A DNA stretch of 64,000 nt from Octopus vulgaris (GCA_951406725.2 OX597830.1:23622001-23686000), one strand, 5' to 3'; shown: positions 13,107-29,285, counted from the first letter of the stretch. Numbers and translations are program-made. The notes: generated by a model not told the origin, from the letters alone.

Positions 13107-14179
13107 TATATACATATATATATATATATACATATATATACATATATATATATAATTATATATATATATATATATATATGTATATGCTTTCATGCATACA
13201 TACATATATGTGTACATCTTCGCATACTGTACGTATTTAACGTGAAAACTGTGTAAATGATTTCAACCGAAATAATTTATACTTTATAACATGTAGTAAA
13301 TAGTGTTTCACTCGGACTTTGTAATCGACTTCTCTCTCTCTCTCTTTCTCTCTCCTTCTCTCCTCCACACTCTCTATCTCTCTTCATATATGTATATATA
13401 TTCACATATACATATACGCACACGCGCGTGCACACATATTCCTTGGTGTGCGTGTGTGTATGTATAAGGAAAGAGAAAATAATAACGTAAGAGACAGATG
13501 GGCATCCGCCGTTTGCTCTTTCTGTCTTTGTCGACCCTCTCAGTCTCCCCTCCTCTCTCTCACTCTCTCTCATTCTCTCTCCCCCTCTCTCTCTATCTCT
13601 ATATCTATCTGTCTATTTATCTATCTGTCTATCTATCTGTCTGTATCTACTTTACCTTCACAATTTGTGCGTATGTGTGTATGTATATATGTGTATGTTG
13701 AAAAAGGACAGAAAATTAGATAGATTGGACAAACATATACCAAAACTAGAACGATTAATCAATAGATAATCTGAATAATATATCTACATTCAACCACAGA
13801 CTATGGAACCTTCTGTTAACTTCAAAATTCGATCGTCATTGATGCAATAATATAACAGCAAAACCTTCATTTGATTACTGACTGAGTGTTGACCTCACGG
13901 CCTTCCCACCTAATGTTCAAGACTGCTTTAATTGCAACTAAAGATTTCAGAAATTACATACACGGCTATGATAAAATGACTTCTTGAGACCGGAAGTAGT
14001 TTCATGAACGGCGGATGTGGCTTCTGCGATGGTGTATTGGTGACACTATGACGGTGAGTGGGGTGATGGCGTGTGGTGTAATGATGCAAAATTTCATTGA
14101 AAGCAGACGATCTGTTAATTATTCACTGCTCTTTGTTCATTTAGATAAAAAGGCCTACCGTCTTTCTTCCCCACCCTCG

Positions 14180-16200
<2,021 letters not shown>

Positions 16201-16984
16201 TAACGTATGCAGCATCACACTCATGGCGTCCCGCTCTTTCACAAACTCATCTTTACACATTCCTCGTCGTCAAAGTCTTCTTCCCAGATAAGTTTGTGAG
16301 TTTGTCAAACAAGACTCGGCGGAAGTGTTACAAATCTTTGGCAGACATGTACATCCGGAGAAAGGCTACGGCTAGATTACAGAGACGCTAAAGCTTTTTC
16401 AGGAGATCTAGATGTAATTAATTAACGATTCATTAATTAGATTACAAAAATCAATTAGACGAATCGTTTCGTTGCAGACGCATCCTTTCTTCTTTTCCAA
16501 TAGATACGTATCGTACGAAGTCCGCTCCCAAATCGTCAAGATGTGTATGTTCAGATATGTGTGTATGTTATTATAGTAAGTGTGCAATAATAGAGTCATG
16601 TGCGAATGTTTAAATCAGTGGATATTTTTTTTCTGTCACAAAGGTGTGCCGGGCGGAGTACGTAAGTGTGCCGCCGAATTTTATCAATATATCTGAAGGC
16701 TTGAACTTCTTCGAAGATCATAATTTTATTATACGCAAGGGTGATTAATGAAATGAGATAAACAATAAATTTTCTTTCTTTCTGCTTGTTTCGGTCCTTT
16801 GGCTGCGACCATGCTGGGGCACCGCCTTGAAAAATTTTTAGTCAAACTTTGTATAAAGCCTGGTACTTATTCTATCGGGTATTGTTGCCGAACCGCTAGA
16901 TTTTGGGGGCGTAAACACAGACACCACCACTATATATATATACATGTATAGTGTATATATATCTATCTATCTATATATCTATCA

Positions 16985-17057
<73 letters not shown>

Positions 17058-17116
17058 GGCGGTGCCCCAGCATGGCCACAGCTCATTAGCTGAAACTAGA
17101 AAATCATATATATATA

Positions 17117-17257
17117 TGGGTGCAGGACGTCACCAACAGTAAACAACATGAAATACGAAAACAAGAGAGTTAAATACGCAAATAACGAGAGAAAAACGGG
17201 ACAAGAAATACAAGGAATGACCCTTCATCACTTGTCGGCTGTCTTCTCCATTTCGAG

Positions 17258-17260
<3 letters not shown>
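17117..17260. mobile_element. (TA)n-flanked unclassified repeat; related inverted copy at 56045-56201
   Basis: GGGTGCAGGACGTCAC...CCCTTCATCACTTGTCGGCTGTC matches the reverse complement of 56045-56201. Confidence 0.6.
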
Positions 17261-17307
<47 letters not shown>

Positions 17308-17399
17308 TTTACCAGCAGACTATCATCCCGTATCAGCTGTTAGAGGTAGCAAATGGGTTCGTGTCCTGCAGTTTACTACTGGTTGTCTTTCTATCCAAG

Positions 17400-18060
17400 G
17401 GTGGTCTGGTTGTGACTACCTTGTCGATCAACAGACGTGTAGTGTGTAATATTATCCAAAGATTTGCGACTGATAGGTCCCGATACATTATGTAATACCA
17501 GGAAGCGCTCTACGAAACGGTCAAGTGTTAGTTCATTACCTGGAACAATGCTAATCGCTCAGAAGGCCTGAGCAGTGTATCAATCTTCAACGGAGGCCCA
17601 TATACGCCCTTGAAATCTGTACAGACGCTACGGTGCACTCGCCATGTGGACTTTTGTTGCAGCCTTCCTTCGATATCTCTAAATTTAGCAAAGCTCGATC
17701 AAGTTTTGAAAGGATGGAGACATGTCTGTTGAGTCTTGTTGGGTGATTCTAACAATGAAGTTAGAGTGGTATCATGAAAAGATACCATATTTGATCAACA
17801 ATAACGGCCTTGCTTGTACTATAAATTGTGGTGTGATATGTACGTCGCACTCACCAAACTCTATCGATGCAGTTTTTTTTCCCTCCGATATCAATGCTGC
17901 AAATGCGGTGCTCATCTCTGGTCAATCAATGTCTATCCTGTCTAGTAACATTTTAATATTCCATTGATCCAGACAAAGGCTTTTGCGCATCATAGAGAAA
18001 TTCTCTCTGTTGTTCAGAGCCGGAGACAGCCAGCTCGATCTTTGGTAACGAGAGTGGCGA
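17400..18060 (-). mobile_element. Possible highly decayed RTE-like reverse transcriptase remnant
   Basis: Minus-strand fragments REFLYD, MLLDR, KKT, TLLRPSE and LDRF occur in the order expected for RTE RT domain 5 onward; very degenerate. Confidence 0.35.
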
Positions 18061-18310
18061 ACGATCCTGCCAGCTTCTAAATCCCGCGCACGCTTGCGTA
18101 AATGTGTGTGCGTGACGACTATTTTTATTAGGGTGATATATTTTCTATCGTTCGAACAATTGCCGTGACAACAATCTCATTAGTGTAACAAGCGGTTTTA
18201 TTCGTGCGACGATGCTTTTTATTGATGTGCCAATAATCTTAATGTGTAAAATGTTTCTAATTTGTGTTACAACTGCTTTTATGAGTCAGCCAATAATGCT
18301 TAATAGTGTA

Positions 18311-19120
18311 AGGCGGCGAAAAGCTGGCAGAAACGTTAGCACGCCGGACGAAATGCGTAGCCGTATTCCGTCTGCCGTTACGTTCTGAGTTCAAATTCCA
18401 CCGAGGTCGACTTTGCCTTTCATCCTTTCGGGGTCGATTAAATAAGTACCAGTTACGCACTGGGGTCGATATAATCGAATTAATCCGTTTGTCTGTCCTT
18501 GTTTGCCCCCTCTGTGTGTAGCCCCTTGTGGGTAGTAAAGAAATAGGTATTTCGTCTGCTTGTTACGTTCTGAGTTCAAATTCCGCCGAGGTCGACTTTG
18601 CCTTTCAACCTTTCGGGGTCGATAGATTAAGTACCAGTTACGCACTGGGGTCGATGTAATGGAATTAATCCGTTTGTCTGGCCTTGTTTGTTCCCTCTAT
18701 GTTTAGCCCCTTGTGGGCAATAAAGAAATAAGAAACGTTAGCACGGCGGGCGAAATGCTTAGAGATATTTCGTCTGCCGCTACGTTCTGAGTTCAAATTC
18801 CGCCGAGGTCCACTTTGACTTTCATCCTTTCGGGGTCGATTAAATAAGTACCAGTTACGCACTGGGGTCGATACAATAAACTTAATCCGTTTGTCTGTCC
18901 TTGTTTGTCCCTTCTGTGTTTAGCCCCTTGTGGGTAGTAAAGAAATGGGTATTTCGTCCGTCTTTACGTTCTGCGTTCAAATTCTGCCGAAGTCGACTTC
19001 GCCTTTCATCTTTCGGAGTCGATAGATTAAGTACCAGTTGCGTACTTGGGTTGATCAAATCGACTGGTCCCCTCCTCCCGACATATTTCGGGCCTTGTAC
19101 CTAGCGTAGAAAAGAATAAT
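18311..19120 (+). mobile_element. SINE family M tetrameric array
   Basis: Units restart at about 18547, 18731 and 18948; the final unit has the alternative tail. Confidence 0.9.
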
Positions 19121-19179
19121 GCTTAATAGTGTTACAAGTATTTTTGTTAGAGTTAAAAGCTATTTCTATGAGTGTGACA

Positions 19180-19505
19180 GTGAAGGCACGCGGCTTAGTG
19201 ATTAGGGGTATTCGGCTCACGAGGGTAAGGTCATGTGTTCAATTGCCGGTGATGCGTTGTGTCCTTGAGCAAATCACTTCATTTCATGTTGCTTCAGTCG
19301 ATTCAGCTGGCAAAAAATGAGTAGTACCTCTAATTCAAAGGACCAGTCATGTCCCACTCTGTGTCACGCTGAATCTTCCTGAGAACTACGTTAAGGGTAC
19401 GTGTGTCTGAGGAGTGCTTTGTCACATGCACGTTAATTTCACGAACAAGCTGTCCTGTTGATCGGATCAACTAGAACCCTTGTCGTTGTGACCGACCGAG
19501 TGACA
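19180..19505 (+). mobile_element. SINE family D (tRNA head, CORE-like GTCCTTGAGCAA segment)
   Basis: Matches 43027-43345. Confidence 0.8.
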
Positions 19506-19729
19506 TTTGTGCGACAATAATGATTATTATTTGAGAATAATTTTATTAGTTTGACGGCAATTTTATTAACACGAAAAATTTTTTTTATTAGTGTGACAAT
19601 ATTTTTTGTTACTGTGGCAACTATTTTCATTATGCTGACTTTTAATTCATTCTAAAATATTATTCTTACAACAGTAATCACGTGCTCTCTTTTCTCCAGC
19701 CTCCTCTGTATGTGTGTGTGTGTATGTAT

Positions 19730-19760
<31 letters not shown>

Positions 19761-19839
19761 CATATATATACATGTATGCATGTATGCTGTGTGTGTATCT
19801 ATCTATCGGTCTATCTATCTACTACTCTCCCCCCTCTCT

Positions 19840-19906
<67 letters not shown>

Positions 19907-20409
19907 GTTGTGTATTTAATTTATAATGCAAGTTAAGCGAAAATTTAATGGCGACGCCTGGAGTTTAAAGTAGCACAACGAGGTAAACATACAGAGTGAA
20001 ATGATAAAGAAATGTGTTTTTCATAATGAAATTAACGAAAATAACAACTTGATATTTTTTTTAAATATCATTTTGTTCGATTTTTGAACCTAGAAACGAT
20101 CTTAATTTCCTTAATTTAATAAGCCAAAATTGCGCGTGGAATTAAGAATCAATATGTATGATTATGAAGAATAGGTTTTTCTTTTAACGAAATTATGACA
20201 ATTTTATATTCTAAGATGTATTTTAATTTTCCATTTAAAAACATATAAATAATTCAATGATCATTAAGATTTTTTTCTTTTTTTGTTTTACGAAATGAGA
20301 AACATTTTGTGGTCGTACGATCAATTCGCTTGTCAGATAAATTCATTTGATTCTTTCTGATGTGATTTGAATTCTTCGAGTCAAGACCCGGTGATTTCCT
20401 TTTACTGAA

Positions 20410-21357
20410 GGGACAACGCCTAAAATTTTTGGGGAGGGGACTAGTCGACCCCAGTGTTTCACTGGTACTTAATTCATCGACCCCGAAAGGATGAAAGGCA
20501 AAGTCGACCTCGGCGGAATTCGAAATCAGAAAGGTAACGGCAGACGAAATACTGCTAAGCATTTCGACAGTGTGCTAACGATTCTTTTCTACTCAAGGCA
20601 CAAGGCCTGACATTTTGAGGGAGGAGGCCAGTCGATTTGATCGACGCCAGTATGTAACTGGTACTTAATTTATCGACCCAGGAAGGATGAAATGGAAAGT
20701 CGACTTCGGCGGAATTTGAACTCAGAACCTAGCGGCAGACAGAATACCTGTTTCTTTATTACCCACAAGGGGCTAAACATAAAAGGGACAAACAAGGACA
20801 GACAAGTGGATTAAGTCGATTATATCGACCCCAGTGCGTAACTGGTGCTTATTCAATCGACTTCGAAATGATGAAAGGCAATTTCGACATTGGCGGAATT
20901 TGAACTCAGAAGGTAACGGCAGACGAAATACCTATTTCTATTTCTTTATTACCCACAAGGGGCTAAACACAGAGCGGACAAACAAGGACAGACATAGGTA
21001 TTAAGTCGATTACATCGACCCCAGTGCGTAACTGGTACTTAATTTATCGACCCCGAAAGGATGAAAGGCAAAGTCGACCTCGGCGGAATTTGGACTCAGA
21101 AAGTAGCGGCAAACGAAATACCTATTTCTTTACTACCCACAAGGGGCTAAACACAGAGAGGACAAACAAGGACAGACATACGAATTAAGTCGATTATATC
21201 GGCCCCAGTGCGTAACTAGTACTTATTTAATCGACCCCGAAAGAATGAAAGGCAAAGTCGACCTCGGCGGAATTCGAAATCAGAAAGGTAACGGCAGACG
21301 AAATACCGCTAAACATTTCGCCCAGCGTGCTAACGTCTCTGCCAGCTCGCCGCCTTG
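20410..21357 (-). mobile_element. SINE family M multimeric array, about 5 units
   Basis: Reverse complement of the family M head, body and both tail types. Confidence 0.9.
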
Positions 21358-22632
21358 CGACATCTTATTGTATTGATCAGTAGTGTATAGACTAGATAAT
21401 ATTTATAAGTATGGACTTTGGCATGTCTTGACTACGCAGAGGAACTTACAAATTATCTTGCAGAGATAAAAATAGCACAGTTTAAACAACAACAGCAATT
21501 GGAGAAAAATAGACTTAAGTACTTAATTTGACATACAAACACGCACCCTCGTATACATAGATACACCTAGATACGCACTCGGATTCATACAGATATATAT
21601 TCACACAGCTACATATTCACATACACACACACTCACAGACACACATGTTATTATTTCCACTCTCATTCTTTGATTTAGCATCTTCCTCAGATACTCACAT
21701 GTATACACAAACGCACACCAGCTCACGCTCACGCACACACACGCACGCACACACACACAGACGTGTACGCACGCGCGCGCGCACGCACACACACACACAC
21801 GCATACACACACACACACACGAAAGCACACGCACGTAGACTAACAAAGGTAATTACCTCCATTCTGAAGCTCTACTTCACCATCTGTTTGTCTGTCATTC
21901 TCTCTCTTTCTCTCACTCTTTCTCACTCTCTCTCTCTCACACAATCTCTTACACTCACACACACACATACACGCATATACAACACATACACTTAAACTCC
22001 CATACACTCACTCAAGCATACTACACTCACACTTTAATCCCTTTCTTTACCTCTCACTCACCGCCTTTCTTTATCAAATGTTTCTCTCAGTATCACCTAC
22101 ACATATATATATATCTCCATATATCTGTCTGTTTTCTCATTCTCTCACTCACACTTCACTCATCCTCACCCTTCTCCTCCTACATCCCCACCCACCACCA
22201 CTATCATTTGCACTAGATTTCGTACACCTTCGGAGAGCATACACTTGCCGTCGTCTCTTTAGGAGAAAAGTTTCGCTAGGATAGGCAATTCTCTTTCGAG
22301 GGGTTTCGTAAATCAACACGCCATGAAAAAGAGTGTTTGGTGGAGAGGAAGGTCACGTGACACTTAATCATCCGCCATATTGCATGCTATTGCATTAGCC
22401 GTCACAGCAAATTACAGTCAAATTTGAAACATCTGAGATACAATTAGACACGGCTTAAATTGATGTCGTGTTTGTTGCGCTCTAACATTTACTCATAGAA
22501 ACACACAGAAATAAACACTCACACGTAAACACATTCAAGCATACACACAGATAAATGCGCACGTACTATCTCTTTCTTTCTCTCTCACACACACGCATAC
22601 AAGCATGTATGTAAAATATATATATATATATA

Positions 22633-23003
22633 CAATAATGAATCTCTGAACGAGGTATAAACAGTAACTGCACGACTGTGTGAGGTATATTTGCCATCTC
22701 AATAAGGGTGGGTGTTACTGTAGCTTGTAGCCCCAGGAGAACATCTCCTCCAGCTGGCTATAGGCACACTTTCTGTGCCCTATCGTACGCTGATGACGTA
22801 CGCTGATGACGGGTCAATACCCAGAAACTGCAGTCCGTGCGTATCACTTAGGTTGACGAGGGAAGGATGACCTCCATTTGCAAATACCGATAGGGCACCG
22901 AAAGTGTGCCTATAGCCAGCCGGAGGAGATGTTCTACCAGCTACAGTAACACCCACCCTTAGTGGTTAGCCATATTGAGATGGCAAATATACCTCACACA
23001 CAC
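22633..23003 (+). mobile_element. Foldback element with about 110-bp inverted arms enclosing a hammerhead core (Penelope pLTR- or retrozyme-like)
   Basis: Arms at 22677-22785 and 22888-23000; lies in a TA/CA microsatellite context. Confidence 0.75.
22798..22840 (+). ncRNA. Minimal type I hammerhead ribozyme (predicted)
   Basis: GTACG-CTGATGA-C-GGGT-CAAT-ACCC-A-GAAA-CTGCAG-TC-CGTGC: stem I GTACG/CGTGC, stem II GGGT/ACCC, palindromic stem III ACTGCAGT, GUC cleavage triplet at 22833-22835. Confidence 0.75.
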
Positions 23004-23006
23004 AAG

Positions 23007-23067
<61 letters not shown>

Positions 23068-23068
<1 letters not shown>

Positions 23069-23529
23069 AAATAAGCAACAAGTATATCCAAGATAGTGTA
23101 GTACAATCGTTTCATGCTACTTCATTTTATTAAACACTGTAAGTATTACATCTGTTTTGATAAAAAATCTACAGATAGAGAAGGACATACTACCACCATG
23201 TTCTTAATGATGAAATTAACCTCTCTGTCTGTATATCTACCTTCTTTGTAATGTTGGCAAATGAAATAAGTATAAAAATGTGCATTGTCCGTTTAATTAA
23301 AAAATTCTATATGTGGCTGAAGATTGCTCGACATTTTAAAACTGATGTAATACTTACAGTGTTTAATAAAATGAAGTAGCATGAAACGATTGCACTACAC
23401 TACCTTGGATATCCTTGTTGCTTATTTTGATTATAATCACCCCATTTGATTTATATGGATAATACCATACCAAATTCTGGTGGCTTTAACTTACGCACCA
23501 TATTCATCTGAATCCAAATTTTGTTGAAC
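23068..23529 (+). mobile_element. Family A hammerhead-like element, copy 2, with inverted partial 5' duplicate
   Basis: 23068-23158 is the reverse complement of 23337-23429; CTGAAGA at 23317-23323 and GAAA at 23383-23386. Confidence 0.7.
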
Positions 23530-23530
23530 T

Positions 23531-23572
<42 letters not shown>

Positions 23573-23951
23573 TATACATATATATTCACATATTCTCTCT
23601 ATCTTTCCTCTTGCTTATATAGAAGCACATACACACACACACACACACATACACATATTTATAATCAACATCCATACATTATTTATTCAAGAAGCATCTA
23701 TATGCTGCGCTTGCTACCAGCCTTCTTTATCCTGCCGACATCCAGGCGCTGGGTTTATTCAATGAACGTTTACACACAGCATTAATTAAATCATGTATAC
23801 CACTGTGTTTATCAAGTCAATTTCTATACCCTCTATTCATCCTGTCGACATCTACCTACAGTAATTCCCCAGTCAACATTTACACACCGTATGTCGAGTC
23901 AACATCTACACACCTTAATTAGCCAGTCGACATCAACACATCGTATTTACC

Positions 23952-24206
23952 CCTATTTCTTTACTACCCACAAGGGGCTAAACAGAGAGGGGACAAACAA
24001 GGACACACACACACGGATTAAGTCGATCACATCGACTCCAGTGCGTAACTGGTACTTAATTTATCGACCCCGAAAGGATGAAAGGTAAAGTCGACCTCGG
24101 CGGAATTTGAACTCAGAACGTTACGGCAGACGAAATACGGCTACGGCAGACGAAATACGGCTACGCATTTCGCCCGGCGTGCTAACGTTTCTGCCAGCTC
24201 GCCGTC
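23952..24206 (-). mobile_element. SINE family M monomer
   Basis: Full reverse-complement copy with a small internal duplication. Confidence 0.88.
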
Positions 24207-24633
24207 TTAATTTATTTACCCTGTCAGCATCTATACATATTACCCATTCATTCTATATCCACACAATAACTATCTACTCAATATCTACACAGTATGTAAC
24301 TGGCAGTCCGTCGGTTATGACGGCGAAGGTTCCAGTCGATCCGATCAATGGAACAGCCTGCTCGTGAAATGAACGTGCGGGTGGCTGAGCGCTCCACAGA
24401 CACGCGTACCTTTAACATCGTTCCCAGCGAGATTCAGCGTGACACAGAATGTGACAAGGTTGGCCGCTTTGAAATACAGACACAGTATCTACACACAGTA
24501 TTTCCCAAGTCAACATGTATACACGGTATCTATCGACTCAACATTTATACACTGCTTATCAAGTCAAATATATATGCTGTATTTATCCAGTCATCATCGA
24601 CATATCGTGTTTATTAGTCAATATCTATGTACC

Positions 24634-24930
24634 GTGGAGGCGCAATGGCCCAGTGGTTTGGGCAGCGGACTCGCGGTCGTAGGATCACGGTTTCGATTCC
24701 CAGACCGAGCGTTGTGAGTGTTTATTGAGCGAAAATACCTAAAGCTCCACGATCTCCGGCAGAGGCTGGTGGCGACCCCTGATGTACTCTTTCGCCACAA
24801 CTTTCTCTCACTCTTTCTTCTGTTGGCATACTCGCTTAGCCAGCGGGGTGGCGTCATTTGAAGGCTAAAACAATGCGAAGCGCATTGTGACCAGCGATGT
24901 CTAGCAACTTCGGTCACGTGATCACGTGAT
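24634..24930 (+). mobile_element. SINE family C with CACGTGAT-ending tail
   Basis: Same head as 11364 but a different tail; inverted copy at 29381-29677. Confidence 0.85.
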
Positions 24931-25139
24931 TTACGTACCAGATTTCACCAGTCAACATCTAAATACTGTGTGAATCGACTCAGCATAATCTTAACCTGGG
25001 TTGTAACGCTTCTTTGTAAGCATTATTGGCTTACAATGAAGCGGAGAATATTACGGGGTCTGTATGAGGGGTTTTGAGTGTTAAGAGAGGGTTTGATTTT
25101 ATTTAGAAATAAATACTTAAACCGGGTACAATCCAATGG

Positions 25140-25450
25140 CACCCCGTCAGTTACGACAACGAGGGTACCAGTTTATCAATTCAACGGACCAGTTTACCCG
25201 TAAAATTAACGTGCAAGTGACATAGACACACGTACCCTTAACGTAGTTCTCAAGGAGATTCAGCGTGACACACTAAATGGGACAAGGCTAGCCTTTTAAG
25301 TTAGAGGTACTACTTATCTTTGCCGGTTGAATGGACAGGAGCAACGTGAAATAAAAATGTCTTACTCGAGGACAACTCGTCACCGGGATCGAACTCATGA
25401 CCTTACGATCGTGGGCCGAACACACTCACCACTAAGCCAGGCGCCTTCGT
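25140..25450 (-). mobile_element. SINE family D
   Basis: Reverse complement of 43027-43345. Confidence 0.8.
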
Positions 25451-25529
25451 AATAACTTTGTTTTAAACGCATTTTCAAACAGAAATCTCAGTCGGGATCA
25501 AAATATGAGAAGGACATTGCATTAGTGAG

Positions 25530-25932
25530 CAGAAACGTTAGCACGCCGGGCGAAATGTTTAGCGGTATTTCATCTGCGTGTTACGTTCTGAGTTCAAATT
25601 CCGCCGAGGTCGACTTTGCTTTTCATCCTTTCGGAGTCGATAAATTAAGTACCAGTCGCGCACTGGGGTCGATGTAATCGACTTAATCCGTTCGTCTCTC
25701 CTTGTTTGTCCTCTCTGTGTTTAGCCCCTTGTGGGTAGTAAAGAAATAGGTATTTCGTCTGCCGCTACGTTCTGAGTTCAAATTCCGCCGAGGTCGACTT
25801 TGCTTTTCATCCTTTCGGGGTCGATAAATTAAGTACCAATCGCGCTCTGGGGTCGATGTAATCGACTTAATCCCTTTGTCTGCCATTGTTTCTCCTCTCT
25901 ATATCTAGCCCCTTGTGGGCAATTAAGAAATA
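25530..25932 (+). mobile_element. SINE family M dimer
   Basis: Two body plus tail units, junction at about 25749. Confidence 0.88.
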
Positions 25933-27806
25933 AGACATATGACTGATGATGTGGCAAAGTCCAACATGATTCCGTTATGTAAGCCCATGCCTTCATTAAC
26001 AAAGTCGGTGGGGGGTTCACTATTCTACAGAAATATCTAAAAAGAGGTTCATGCTGGATAGGAAAGTATAAGAACATGGATAATAAACCACTGCACAGAA
26101 TTACGTAGTTTTGTTTGATTCAAATAATCTTTATTATTTCTGTAAAACCTAGGAAGGGAAGGTTTTTAAAACACCGTTCGGTTATGAGTGAGTACTTACA
26201 TAGAACAGATGAGAATCTTTGATTTATGCAATGTGCTTATCCAATAACTACAAACTGTGTTTAATCAGTCAAAATATACAAATATTACATCGACTGTTCG
26301 AGATTTATATGCTATGTGTAACCTCTCGACATCTACATAGTCTCTCTCTCTCTCTCTCAGTTGACACCTCTATAATGTTGATCTACTGAAAATGTCTATC
26401 TTAGACAAAATCAATACGTTACATATAACCAGTTACTATCTTCAGGCGAGCCACGTAAGAAGGCGCTTCTACATGGACGCTCGGGCATTAGAAAAATAAA
26501 AAAAAAATACCGACCTAAATCGTTTATGAAATCACAGCGTACCTGGTGAAAACGTTAAGCACACGTTAGATAATATATTCTCAGACCCCTCTAAATATAA
26601 AGAAAAAGGCGGTATGGGCACATTTAAAATGCTGCTGATCCCGTGCCTTCGTGCTCAGGGTTACGTGTTTAAGCTAATAGACAGATATTAGGTAGACTTG
26701 ACTCTAAACAACAATAATATCTATATACCCTGTTTTGCCAATGGAAATCTACACACTCTGTCGATCTTCAGACAATCTACACGCTATTATATTTCCTAGT
26801 AACATCTATAGGCAGTGTCTATCAAATCCATGCAACTGCATTTAAAAATCTGTTTTGTATTTTTTTTTCTTTTACATCAATTTCAGATACGAGTAAGATC
26901 TCGTTCAAGATTCCAAATCTTAATTCAAACTGAAAGCATAGAACAGAATAAGAGAATAAGAGAATAAGAGAAGAGAACATCTGAGAACAGAATATCATCG
27001 GTTCAAGCTGAAAGGCTTCACTAATGGAATCGTTCAAGAGAAGACAGTTGCCTGACGAATAGCATTCTTCTTTCTAAATGCAATCTTCATCGCCAAATGT
27101 CTTTTGTTGTTTGTTTCGTCTCAGGGAATATTCAAGGGAAAGAGAGAGAGAGAGAGAGAACAAGAAGAAGAAGAAGAGTGAGAGAGAGAAGGAAAGAGAG
27201 AGGTAGAGAGAGTAAAAAGGTAGTAAAAGAGAGAAGAGAGAGGAGAGGAGAAGAGGAAAAAAAGTAGAGGGAGAAAGAGAGAGAGTAAGAAAAAGGACAG
27301 AGCAAAAGGAGAGAGGGAGAGAAAGACGAAGAGATAGAAAAACAGATATAAAGGGAAGAGAGAGGGCGAGAAAGACAGAGAGAGAGAGAGAGAGAGGAAG
27401 AGAGAGAGAGAGAGAAAGGGAAAGATGGGGATGAATTGAAACAGAAAGACGGAAGGAAAGAAATATAGACACGATGAAAACCTGCTCTTTCTCTGTCTCT
27501 GTCTCTCTCTCTGTCTCTCTCTCCCCCTCTCTGTCTTTCTCTCCCTCTCCATGTCTCTTTCCCCCTCTCTATGTCTGTCTTTGTTCCTGCCTCTGTTTTG
27601 TCTGTCCGTCTCTTTCTCTCTCTCACGCGCGGAATGTCTTTATAAAAAGCATTCCAGCGTTGTGGTTCTGTTGTTTTCCTTCATAAATGGACTAATTAAA
27701 AGACAGGGGATGAAGGTGGGGGTGGTTCGGTGCAAAGTGGTAGGTGCGAAGTGGGAGGTGGGAGGTGGGAGGTGGCTAGCAGAATGAGTAAAGGAATATA
27801 CAATGA

Positions 27807-28260
<454 letters not shown>

Positions 28261-28317
28261 TAGAAGTAGTAGTTGAAATATGATTAATAATGAAATATTA
28301 CAAGTTTTAGTATTAAA

Positions 28318-28354
<37 letters not shown>

Positions 28355-28643
28355 GGTGGGTGTGGTAGTGGTAAATAGTGATAACAATAATACTTTTATA
28401 GTAGTTGTAATGTTTAAGATAAAATATGATTATTAGTAGTAGTAACAATAGTAATAATTTTAACTATAGTACTAATAACACACACATACATACACACACA
28501 CACATATATACATAGTATACATAGTTGGATAGATAAACAAATATAACAAAATAATTTGACAAAAAATGTGAATTTTTAATTATTTTCTGAGATTTTACAA
28601 AAACAACAAAAATATTATTAAAAAAATATATTTTTTGATTTAC

Positions 28644-28685
<42 letters not shown>

Positions 28686-29052
28686 CAGCAGCAGCAGTAG
28701 TAGTAGTAGTAGTTGTAGTAGTAGTGGTGGTGGTGGTGGTGGTGGTAGTAGTAGCAGTAGTAGTAGTAGTAGTAGTAGTAGTAGTCATTGCGGTAATTAA
28801 AGCTGTTAGTGGAAGCGATGTTTTGAGATGCTATTGTGGAAATTTAAGGTAAAAAAAAAATAACCGCAAAAAAGTTGAAAACGGAAAGGAAAAAGGAAAA
28901 AATAACAGCAACCGTCGTAACAACAACAACTACAACTACAACAACAACAACAGCAGCAGCATCGACAGCAACAACAACAACAGTAACAGCTCCAGCAGCA
29001 CCAGTAACTATGTTAGTGGTGTGACATGCAAACGGAATATTGAAGGGAAGAA

Positions 29053-29285
29053 AGGCGGCAAGCTAGCAGAAACGTTAGCACGCCGGGCGAAATGCTTAGC
29101 GGTATTTCGTCTGCGTTACGTTCTGAGTTCAAATTCCGCCGAGGTCAACTTTGCCTTTCATCCTTTCGGGGTCGATAAATTAAGTACCAGTTACGCACTG
29201 AGGTCGATGTAATCGACTTAATACCTACGTCTGTCCTTGTTTGTCCCCTCTATGTTTAGCCCCTTGTGGGTAATAAAGAAATAGG
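29053..29285 (+). mobile_element. SINE family M monomer with 15-bp target-site duplication
   Basis: TATTGAAGGGAAGAA at 29038-29052 and TATTGAAGGGAGGAA at 29286-29300. Confidence 0.92.

Larger units (their letters stand above)
23660..26830. repeat. Degenerate ~28-30 bp minisatellite (GTCAACATCTACACAC-like) fragmented by SINE insertions
   Basis: Recurrent GTCAACAT/GTCGACATCTA motifs at 23660-23950, 24210-24300, 24480-24630, 24950, 26270-26400 and 26720-26830. Confidence 0.55.

Noticed and set aside
16205-16391. Non-repetitive stretch that could be a host exon
   Set aside because: No recognisable protein motif or convincing splice-site pair.
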